Source of the DNA: Octopus sinensis | Lineage: Eukaryota | Length of the DNA: 64,000 nucleotides | Direction: 5' to 3' | NCBI RefSeq assembly: GCF_006345805.1 | Contig: NC_043006.1 | Span: forward strand, 96,658,001-96,722,000 | Shown here: one piece after another, positions 28,746 through 40,667 of the stretch | How the letters are laid out: every line of letters begins with the position of its first letter | Numbering within the stretch: the first letter of the stretch is position 1 | Made by a program: the position numbers and the translations under genes | The notes under the pieces: generated by a model | What the model was told of the DNA's origin: nothing | Seen by the model: the letters and a program-made list of their open reading frames with translations, nothing else | Databases searched by the model: none

Positions 28746-29062
28746 GATAAAGAGATATAGAAAGAATTATATGGAAATAGTCATCCGGTGTAGAAGAGGT
28801 AAGGAACAGATGAAGAGGAAGAACGAAAATAAATAAAGAATAAACAAAAAACTTGGAAAAAAGGAAGAAAGGGTAAGAGAAAGACAAAGGCGAAGAATCA
28901 AGAATGAGGGGAAAAACAAAAGAATAGTCCATGAAAACGGAGTGACACAAAGGGAGAGAAAATGAAAGAGGTGTGAATTAAGGGACAGGGAGTGAAAGAT
29001 AAATATAAGGGAGAGTATGGCGAAAGGAGAGATAGAGCAGAGGAGAACGACAGAGGATGAGT

Positions 29063-29098
<36 letters not shown>

Positions 29099-29636
29099 GT
29101 GTGAGAGAGAGGGCAGGTTGACAGACAGTCAAACTGAAAGACAGTAGATAGAAGTAAGAGAAAAGAAGAACGTGGGCGAGAGAGAGAGAGAGGAAAGATA
29201 TTAGGAAGACAGAAAGAGTGAGGTACAAATATACACTGAACAAAGATTGGTACAAAGATAGCAAACATAACAACACACGCGCGCGCACACACACAAACGC
29301 ACACACATGTGTAGATGCAAGCTGTGTGAGAAGACGGAAGAGGAGAAGAATTATGCAAATAAAAAAATGAAGAAAATGAGGATGAAGAGTCACTCAAAGG
29401 GACAAATACAACAAGGCATACAGACAGACATAGGGACAGATGTGTATATATATATATATATATATATCTATATATATATATATATTATATATATATATAT
29501 ATGTATATGTATATGTAGTATAAAGGGAGAGAGAGAAAGAGAGAGAAGCAGACAGAGACAGAGATAGATATTAGATTGATGGATAGATTGATAGACTACG
29601 AATATATGTATGTGTGTGTGTAAGGAAAAGGGACGG

Positions 29637-29676
<40 letters not shown>

Positions 29677-29691
29677 GTAGATGGTGCAGAG

Positions 29692-29729
<38 letters not shown>

Positions 29730-30274
29730 GTGTGAGAGAGAGGGCAGGTTGACAGACAGTCAAACTGAAAGACAGTAGATAGAAGTAAGAGAAAAGAAGA
29801 ACGTGGGCGAGAGAGAGAGAGAGGAAAGATATTAGGAAGACAGAAAGAGTGAGGTACAAATATACACTGAACAAAGATTGGTACAAAGATAGCAAACATA
29901 ACAACACACGCGCGCGCACACACACAAACGCACACACATGTGTAGATGCAAGCTGTGTGAGAAGACGGAAGAGGAGAAGAATTATGCAAATAAAAAAATG
30001 AAGAAAATGAGGATGAAGAGTCACTCAAAGGGACAAATACAACAAGGCATACAGACAGACATAGGGACAGATGTGTATATATATATATATATTATATTAT
30101 ATATATATATATATAATATTATATATATATATATATATATGTATATGTATATGTAGTATAAAGGGAGAGAGAGAAAGAGAGAGAAGCAGACAGAGACAGA
30201 GATAGATATTAGATTGATGGATAGATTGATAGACTACGAATATATGTATGTGTGTGTGTAAGGAAAAGGGACGG

Positions 30275-30314
<40 letters not shown>

Positions 30315-30720
30315 GTAGATGGTGCAGAGAAAGAGAGAGAGAGAGAGAGAGAGAGTTTGTGTGTGAGAGAGAGGGCAGGTTGACAGACAGTCAAACTGAA
30401 AGACAGTAGATAGAAGTAAGAGAAAAGAAGAACGTGGGCGAGAGAGAGAGAGAGGAAAGATATTAGGAAGACAGAAAGAGTGAGGTACAAATATACACTG
30501 AACAAAGATTGGTACAAAGATAGCAAACATAACACACACGCGCGCGCACACACACGCGCACACACACACAAACGCACACACATGTGTAGATGCAAGCTGT
30601 GTGAGAAGACGGAAGAGGAGAAGAATTATGCAAATAAAAAAATGAAGAAAATGAGGATGAAGAGTCACTCAAAGGGACAAATACAACAAGGCATACAGAC
30701 AGACATAGGACAGATGTGTA

Positions 30721-30793
<73 letters not shown>

Positions 30794-30925
30794 GTATATA
30801 TGTATGTATAAAGGGAGAGAGAGAAAGAGAGAGAAGCAGACAGAGACAGAGATAGATATTAGATTGATGGATAGATTGATAGACTACGAATATATGTATG
30901 TGTGTGTGTAAGGAAAAAGGGACGG

Positions 30926-30967
<42 letters not shown>

Positions 30968-30994
30968 GTAGATGGTGCAGAGAAAGAGAGAGAG
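29063..30994. repeat. Tandem triplication of a ~630-650-bp microsatellite-rich unit
   Basis: Units start at ~29063, ~29691 and ~30329; the same ORF translations recur three times in the track. Confidence 0.95.
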
Positions 30995-31440
30995 AACGGG
31001 AAAGAGGAAATGGTAGGCGGAACAAAGAGTCCGAGATTGGAGGAAGTTATAGCAATTTTGTGATGTGTGTATGTGTGTGTGAACATTTGTGGTGGCAATG
31101 TGATACCTTCTGAGTATGTATATGTGTGTGTGTGTGTGTGCATGTGTGTGTGTGTTTCTGTAAGGAATGTAAATAGTCTTAAGATAGGAAATTATGCAGA
31201 CATAAGCCCCATCTATGCCACCACATCACACAGCTCTAAATTAACTTCTCTAAAAGATGTTGTTTCTGTTTAAACATAGAGGCAACTTACTCTGACCAAA
31301 GCACCTTTCATCTGGCACACAAGAATCACCTCGCACATCTACACACACACACACACACTCACGCTCACACTTACACATACACACACATACACACACTCAC
31401 ACAAACACTCGCAAGCACACACATATGCATACAAACATTG

Positions 31441-31498
<58 letters not shown>

Positions 31499-32046
31499 AC
31501 TTTCGAAGTACATTGACACATATAGTTACACACCCTCAACAAAAACGCGGACACACATCTATGTATATGCGTACGAATGTGTATGTGTGTGTGTTTGAGA
31601 GTCTCTATATATGCATGCATATATATGTGTATATATATGTATGTGTATATGTATGTATAGTCGTGTGTGTATACAAACATATGGGTATGAGTGTGTATAT
31701 ATATTTTCAAACCCTCGTGCATGCTTTCTCTTCAAACACACACATATTGATCGATATGAATAATGTATATAACTATGTATCCACTAAGACACAGACAAAT
31801 ACACAAACGCATACACACACATACAGACAAGCAAACAGATAGACGAACTGAGAGAGAGAGAGAGAGGGGGGAGGAGAGTGAGAGAATTTTGTGTGTAGCA
31901 TTTATCAAACTCTTTATGTTTAGTAAGTGATGCGCACGAAACTCTCAGTCCCTGAGATACGTTTGTCAACTGAAGAAAATTAAAGCGTATATCTACAGAC
32001 GCGTGTGCATGTGTGCTTTTGTGCGCACTCTTTCAGTATATGCGTA

Positions 32047-32657
32047 ATATACATACATACATACATACATACATACATACATACATACATACATACATAC
32101 ATACATACATACACACATACATACATATATACATACATACATACATACATATATACATACATACATACATCATACATACATACATACATACATACATACA
32201 TACTTCATACATACATACTACATACATACATACATACATACATATATACATACATACATACATACATAATACATACATACATACATTCATACATACATAC
32301 ATACATACATACATACATACATACATACATACATACATACATACATACATGCATGCATACATACATACATACATGCATATATACATAACATACATACATA
32401 CATACATACATACATACATAATACATACATACATACATATATACATACATACACACACATACATACATACATACTACATACATACATATACATACATACA
32501 TACATGCATATATACATACATACATACATACTACATACATACATACATACATACATACACACCATACATACATATATACATACATACACACATACATACA
32601 TACATACATACATACATACATACATACATACATGCATATATACATACATACATAACA

Positions 32658-32689
<32 letters not shown>

Positions 32690-32807
32690 CATACATACAC
32701 ACATACATACATACATACATAATACATACATACATAATATACATACATACACACATACATACATACATAACATACATACATACATAATACATACATACAT
32801 ACATACG

Positions 32808-32841
<34 letters not shown>

Positions 32842-32877
32842 CATACATACACATACATACATACATACATACATATA

Positions 32878-32908
<31 letters not shown>

Positions 32909-32910
32909 GT
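32047..32910. repeat. ~860-bp degenerate (TACA)n satellite
   Basis: Directly visible; source of the 200-300 aa YIHT/MYVC ORFs. Confidence 0.95.
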
Positions 32911-32952
32911 GTTTGTGGTAGGTGCATGTGTATATAAACGCATGAATGTACA

Positions 32953-33311
32953 TACTCTTACTCTTTTACTCTTTTACTTGTTTCAGTCATTTGACTGCGG
33001 CCATGTTGGAGCACCGCCTTTAATCGAGCAAATCGACCCCAGGACTTATTCTTTGTAAGCCTAGTACTTATTCTATCGGTCTTATTCTAGCAATGCTAGG
33101 GGGACAAACAGACACACAAACACACACACATACATATATATATACATACATACATCCGACGGGCTTCTTTCAGTTTCCGTCTACCAAATCCACTCACAAG
33201 GCATTGGTCGGCCCGGGACTATAGTTGAAGACACTTGCCCAAGATGCCACGAAGTGGGACTGAACCCGGAACCATGTGGTTGGTTAGCAAGCTACTTACC
33301 ACTCCTGCGCC
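32953..33311 (-). mobile_element. SINE family B with internal deletion
   Basis: Head at 33311 and (GAGTAAAA)n-type tail at 32953. Confidence 0.85.
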
Positions 33312-34299
33312 TATAATATTCTTCAGACAAACTTCTTGCTCAAACATCATACTCCCCTTCTCTAATACTCTTTCATTTCCTGCCATCTTTTCCATTACTA
33401 TCATCAACTTTTAGTTTCTCTTGTGAATTTTCAGTCCTGTTTCAAAGAAACAAGCAAAAGCCACATTCAATTTAAAAACATTACGCTTCTATCAATCTAT
33501 TTATATAACATTTTCTTCGATATATTGATACATAATGTATCGATCAATTCTGTTCATCGATCTTTTATATCTTAATTTATATTTTTCATTGTTATTGTTT
33601 CTTAGCCCTTCTCCCCAAATATTTGTACAGTTAAACATCGATTTTCCAGAATCCTTGGTTCCAAAGCCCTTCCGAACCAGTTGTGGTCACGCTCTAAATA
33701 CTAAATATGATTAAATCATTAAATGAAATACAGATACCTATGAATTGGTATAAATGATACCAACTTATAAATTAACACAAACTAGGAAATTAGTCAGGCG
33801 TATTTTAAGAGGCTCTTGACCATCGGTGTCCGAAATGTCGGTGTTGTACCTGAAGATGGCTGACATATAGGCAGACGACACGATGGAAAGAAAATAGCGG
33901 CATATGCAACATAATATTGGTTGTTTTGTGTACGTGTTCTTGACGCATATTATAGGATGATGCTGTGAACACCTTTCACTCTTATTATTGTAATCGTTCT
34001 GATGTACAACCCTGTAGTTATTGAAATAACACTCTCAATAGCTATGATGAGAAAATGCCGATGTTAAAACCGACCGATGAAATGATCTGATGATCTCAAT
34101 AATCTTCATAAAACCACAGTAACGAAAGAGGGCTGAAAGTAAACAATATGTTGTTTTATGTAAGTTATCCAGGATAGTTTGAATACTTTCTTATCATCTC
34201 TCATACACACTGACACTTAATTACAAAACACTCAGAATATTTGAGAAAAGCTTTGAGCAATGCATATGAAAAGTCAGGTAAAATATATAAGATTATGTC

Positions 34300-34655
34300 A
34301 ATAGATGGAAACAATGAGAAACGACATTGTATTATCTTACATTAATCGTTTAATAATCCTGCAATATTTCGCCAAAGATCACCTTTCAATAATGGTAATA
34401 ATGGAGCAAAATAGGAAAAATTTGCAGTATGCGAACAGTAAAGGTGGTGCCTATAATAACTGGTGCTTTGGCAACAGTCAGCAAAGATATAGACAAATGG
34501 CTGAAAGAGATTGAAATAGAATAGCAAGGACTATCAGGTGGGTTCTAAGCTCTTGAAAGACTCCTGAAAACATGTGGATCCCAAAGGTTACAGGGAGTAA
34601 CCTGCTACCCACATAAATGCTACAAGAATACGACCAAAGCTGAGCCAAACCAAAA
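34300..34655 (+). mobile_element. R4/Dong-clade extreme 3' fragment followed by (AAT)n
   Basis: Translates to VKVVPIITGALATVSKDIDKWLKEIEI. Confidence 0.75.
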
Positions 34656-34660
34656 TGATG

Positions 34661-34709
<49 letters not shown>

Positions 34710-34744
34710 TAATAATAACAATGATGATGATGGTGGTGATGATA

Positions 34745-34802
<58 letters not shown>

Positions 34803-34803
<1 letters not shown>

Positions 34804-35587
34804 GAGAAGAAATGCATTGATCAATAAAGAAAAGAAATCCCGGGCTGGTTGACAAAAGGACGAACGGAGTTGTGCCTGAAGGATGTATCAAAGGGAAATG
34901 CTGCTGTAATTACAGACGAATTTCCTTCTTCCATTAATGTGCAAGTTACTGTCAGGAGGAATTGCAGAACTGTATAGATTTCTTGATGAGAACGATATAT
35001 TACCGATGGAACAAAAAGGCTGTAGAAGGATATGCAGATGTCCCAAATATCAACTCTGATAGACAAAATGGTAATGCAAGATTGTAAACAAAGGAGAACA
35101 AATCTGGGAATGGCCTGGATTGACTGTCGCGAAGTTTATGATATAATGCCACATTCGTGGATCATCCAGTGCTTAGATCTGTTTGGAATTGCGAGGAATG
35201 CATTGTGTTTCCTGAAAAGAAGTGTGGTGGGATGGAAAACTATATTAGTACCGATATTAGAAAGGAACTTGGACTCACGAAGTGCGGTATAATCTACCTA
35301 AAAAGAGGTAAAGTACAGACCCAGGCTTGGATAGAATTACCGAATAGACACTTGATTAAACAAATTGAAACGGAAGGATATAAATATCTTGGTGTACTGG
35401 AGCTCAACGAGATAACGGAAAAGGAAATGAAAGAGCAACTGAGGATGGAGTATTGACTGGATGGAATAAAATAGCTAATACGTGGGCGATAGCATTACTT
35501 CGGTACGGAGCGGGAATTATAAAATGGCAAAAGGAAAGAAGTTGGATATCAAGACCAGAAAAATATTGACAGTACACGGAGCCTTGG
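34803..35587 (+). mobile_element. R4/Dong-clade reverse-transcriptase fragment, decayed with internal deletions
   Basis: IPGWLTKGRTELCLKDVSKGN...ILPMEQKGCRR...LIDKMVMQDCKQRRTNLGMAWIDCREVYDIMPHSWII...GYKYLGVLE is characteristic of R4/Dong RT. Confidence 0.9.
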
Positions 35588-35840
35588 ATTTTATTCCCTC
35601 CAGTCAATACTCCATCCTCAGTTGCTCTTTCATTTCCTTTTCTGTTATCTCGTTGAGCTCCAATACACCAAGATATTTATATCCTTCCGTTTCAATTTGT
35701 TTAATCAAGTCTCTATTCGGTAATTCTATCCAAGCCTGGGTCTGTACTTTACCTCTTTTTAGGTAGTACTGTTACTTCTCTACACAATCGTTAAACAGAC
35801 ATGAACAGACATGATATTTTTCTACCATGCATAATTGAAG

Positions 35841-36142
35841 GGCGGAGGTACATGGCCTAGTGGACAGAGCAGCGGACTCGCGCTCGAGGGATCGCGGGTT
35901 CGAATCGCAGACCGGATGATGCGTGTGTTTATGAGCGAGATACCTAAGCTCCACGCGGCTCCGGCAGAAGGTAATGGCGAACTTCTGCTGACTTTTTCGC
36001 CACAACTTTTTGTCACTCTTTCCTCTCGCATCCTGCAGCTCACCTTCGACGGGTCGGCGTCCCGTCCAGGTGGGGAATCTACACGCCGAGGAAACTGGGA
36101 AACTGGCCCTTATGAACCAGGCGTGGCTCGAGAAGGAACAAA
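35841..36142 (+). mobile_element. tRNA-derived SINE with the same head as 28439 but a different tail; 11-bp TSD
   Basis: cataattgaag at 35830-35840 and 36143-36153; the 5' ~130 bp align with 28439-28570, then diverge. Confidence 0.85.
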
Positions 36143-38167
36143 CATAATTGAAGAAGCATTAACAATGTCTGTTCCACCGAGAGAAAATTATTGAAAGATG
36201 TGCTTCATGTGTGGTCTGATTTCCTTAAGAATATCATCAAATTCTCCTCTCAGCCGCATCTTTACATGTCATATGATAAAAACACTTATTGATCTTTTTC
36301 CAAATTTCTTTACGCATTATATTCCTCGTTTTCTAAACTTCGCCGAATCGATTTTGCTTTCCATCCTTTCGGGGTTGATAAGATAAGTACCAGTTGAGCA
36401 CTTGGGTCGATGTAAGTGACTTATCCTGCACCCGCAAAATTGCTGGCCTTGCGCCAAAATTTGAAACCAATATTCCTCGCTTTCTGCTGTCATTTGTAAG
36501 TATCTCTCTTGGAAGTAATTATTTTTTTGGTTATCTGCAATTCCTCACTCATGTATTTATTCATCTGCAATATTTTCTTATATTCCTCCATTAAGTAGCT
36601 GTGAAAACGAATGAATAGGTAGGTGCATATGTACCAATGGATATGTGGCTCGTGCGTATGCAAATGTACATTTCATAGATTTTTTTTTCTTTTCATTTCT
36701 ACTATTATTGTTTCTGATTGCATTGCTGGTGTCATCACATCACTGCTGTCATTATTATGGTCATTGCTCTAGAAATTAGAACAGGTGTGTATATGACTAT
36801 AATCGAGTTTTAATATTGCTTCTATTGATCAAGTAATTGACAATGTTAACGACCGCAGTTAATGCTCGGATTATTAAAGATATCTGAACAATTATTCAAT
36901 AATACTCAAAAACAATCATACTTTATTTACCCTCCATCTCAAGGTGGACGTTAGTATTAAAGCTACATAAATTATTTTACACCATGTCTTAGCGGCCTTG
37001 CTCTTAGGAAGAAAATAAAAACTGACCTACCTTTACCGCCGTGTTGGATATTTTTATTACTGAGTTAGAGACGGGCAAAATACTTAGTAGCATTTCGCTC
37101 GTCTTTACGTTTTGAGTTCAAATTCCACCGAGGTCGACTTTAGCTTTCATTCTTTCGAGGTATCACGGTCAAAGACCAACGGGGAATGAAATGACTCTTA
37201 ATCGCTGTACCAATTCAAACGAAAACATTTTATTTCTATTTGAAATCTAAAAACCATCAAGACAAGTTGTATCGCGAGAATTGCTATTTTACCCATCAAA
37301 TATTAAGTAGTGGTTCTATTTCACTTATCATCATAACAAGTCAACTAAGGCATCGAGCAGCACGTCGGACAAAATGCTTAGTGACATTTCGTCCGCCTTT
37401 CCACTCTGAGTTCAAATGCTGCTGGAATCGACATTGTCTGTTATCCTTTTGATAAAAATAAGTAACATCGATAAAAATAAGTACCAATTGGGGTCAATGG
37501 AATCATCTTGCCCATCCCCACCAAAATTTCGGACCTTGTGCCTATAGAAAAAAAAAGGATTATTTAAAATTTGATTAATCAATTGATTGACTAATCTTTT
37601 GAACAATCAATCAATCTGTTAGTTTGTCAGAGTTCTTTCGTCGCCAGTGGCGTTCTCATTTACTTGTTTTCCTAGTCCTTGGTCTGTAACCATGTATCCA
37701 GACATAATATATAGAATTTTAGAAGTATTTTTACTTTTCGGGATGGGTGCATATCTTCTGAGAACGTGTGTATATGACTGTATAAATATGAATGCCTGAA
37801 TATATGAGCACTTTGTTGATTTTTTTTTTTTTTTTGTCTTTGTCTTGTTTGATAGAGTGTGTATGTAGAAAGATCTGAAAATAGAGACAACCGAATTGTA
37901 GGAGTAGAAAAAGAAAGGAAGAATCTCTATTCCAACGAGTATCTTTTATATTTTACACTTGCTTGTTTTAGCGAGACGCTGTGACGATACTGGGAAAGCA
38001 CTAGTGATGTGATTGCTAAGATAATTAATTACATTCCTACAGCCCTCTATTTATGCTTGATTTTTGATGAATGACAAATTAGGACAACGGCGCACGGATT
38101 TGCACGAATATATATGTACACGCACAACACACATGTATCATTTGAATAAAGTACATTTAAAAAGAAA

Positions 38168-39927
38168 ATTTTGCAATGTTGAAGTGTGTTAAACATTAAA
38201 AAAATTGTGTAATGCACATAAAGTTCAATTAACACTTTCATACCTTCGTAGTAATCATCAGATTTCAAAATGTATTTAACTGACAGCTGAGTTCTTGATA
38301 AATGGAGTAAAATGACTGATTTCCTTTTTATACCTTCTAGAAGCTGAATTTTTGGAATACGGTTTTGACCAATCAGCATGCAGCTTAAACGTCACGGTTT
38401 GCCGAGCACATCGATATTACTGACGTAGATGCCGCCTTTATTTTAACCAATTAGCTTGCAGTTTACATCTAATGGTTTTATGAGTGAGCAAACTTAATTG
38501 ATTTCGATCGCTCTTATTTCAATCGGTGGGAGTCTTCTGTAATTTGTTTATATTCATATGTTAAAGATATTTTTAGATCCACATCATTCACTGGTTGTTA
38601 TACTATTGTTGTTATTTCCGTTCAGAACAGGTTTGAACATTTTCATAAACCCTTTTTTCTTTTATATTTCTTCCAACCTGACTTGTGTCATGCAGTTTGT
38701 GGAAAGGAAAAATTATAAGAATTTACTGACTACACTCAATGGAATTTGGCGAACATTAGTGTTCCGGATTTGTTGTCTGTAGACTCGTGAGCATTCCGAT
38801 AATGCATTCTCTGTCTCACCAATATATAGTTCCTCGCAATTAGGACATTTAATGCAGTAGATCAAATTTCGGCTTTTGCAGTTCATATCTGCATTTGTGA
38901 AAATCTGTCCAATTTTTGTTCTAATGGATCTACCAATGTGCATGTGTTGACACGTTCCGCATCTGTTATCATTACACTTGGATACTGTGAATGTCTTATC
39001 CTCTTTGTTCAAGTTGAATTTTGCCTTGGTTAATAGTTTCTTCAAGTTATTGCTTAAGATGCGTTCGATTATCTATTATGTTTTTTAATTTTTCACTTTG
39101 TTTCATGATTGATAAATTTGTTTTGATGATGTTAACAATGTTTTGGTGATGCGGATTGTGTTACCAGAAATGATATTGTGTTCTGTTGCTGAGTTCGTCT
39201 CTCTCGTGATGCCCTAAGTTGTAATATAGGCGTCTCTTTTGATCGTTGTAAGTTATTTTCTATGAGTAGGAGAAGGTATTTTTGCTTGAGCAGAAATCCT
39301 TCGAGTTCTATAAGTCGTATGTTCCTGGTAATTGGAACATCTACTATACTACTAATTTTCCTGGCAAGAGAGTACGGGATGTCGCATTTTGTATGTCTTG
39401 GGTGGCATGATTTGAAATTTAGGAACTGGTGTGTATCTGTGCTTTTGTAATAAGTATCAGTTGTGATTGTGGTGTTGGTTTTGATAACCATTATATTAAG
39501 AAATGGTAATTGTGTGCTACTCAATTCTCTTGTGAACTTGAAGTGTAAATTGTTGAAGAGAGTGGGGAATTCTTTCAGATTTTCTAGGGATTTGATCCAA
39601 ATTAGGAAGCAGTCATAGAGGCATCTTTTCCATGTGTCTTCTATATGCCTTCTAAAGGTCATGCCGTAGTTCTCTTCAACTTTTGATATAGATTTTGTTC
39701 CAAATATCCCAGTACTGAGTTCGCGAGAGCTGGAGCAAATCGCGTCCTCATAACTGTGCCTCGAATTTGGAGGAAGTTTTTTTTCAGTTGAAAAGGAATG
39801 CATTGTTTTCGAGGCTGAGACTAGTATGAAGGTCAAAGTAAATCTACGGGGGATCGGTTCTTTGTTTCTCGACCCAACATTACAAAATATCTTTTTTATT
39901 GCTTAACGCACTTCAACGTTGTGAAAT
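38168..39927 (-). mobile_element. Penelope-like element, 5'-truncated: RT C-terminal part, GIY-YIG endonuclease and pseudo-LTR
   Basis: ORF 39132-39836: LPFLNIMVIK...TYYKSTDTHQFLNFKSCHPRHTK..IPYSLA. ORF 38713-39045: KCNDNRCGTCQH...NCKSRNLIYCIKCPNCEELYIGET. Frameshifted. Confidence 0.92.
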
Positions 39928-40094
39928 GAAAAAGAAATACAGTAATAAAAACGTGTAAAAAAGACCATGTTGCAAGTTTAATCAACTGATATATTATTCT
40001 ATATACATATACGCAAATTCGATATATATATACATGCACATACATACATACATACATATATATATTATATATAATATATATATATATATATATA

Positions 40095-40149
<55 letters not shown>

Positions 40150-40152
40150 ATG

Positions 40153-40199
<47 letters not shown>

Positions 40200-40259
40200 G
40201 CATATATATATATATATGTACATACATACATGCATACATACATATATATATATATATAT

Positions 40260-40667
40260 CTTTTACTCTTTTACTCTTTTACTTGTTTCAGTCATTTGAC
40301 TGTGGCCATGCTGGAGCACCGCCTTTAATCGAGCAACTCGACCCCGGGACTTATTCTTTGTAAGCCCAGTACTTATTCTATCAGTCTCTTTTGCCGAAGC
40401 GCTAAGTGACGGGGACATAAACACACCAGCATCGGTTGTCAAGCAATGCTAGAGGGACACACACAGACACACAAACATACACGCACACATATATATATAC
40501 ATATATACGACGAGCTTCTTTCAGTTTCCGTCTGCCAAATCCATTCACAAGGCTTTGGTCGGCCCGAGGCTATAGTAGAAGACACTTGGCCAAGGTGCCA
40601 CGCAATGGGACTGAACCCGGAACCATGTGGTTGGTAAGCAAGCTACTTACCACACAGCCACTCCTGC
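40260..40667 (-). mobile_element. SINE family B, full length
   Basis: Complete head-to-tail match with the other copies. Confidence 0.9.
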
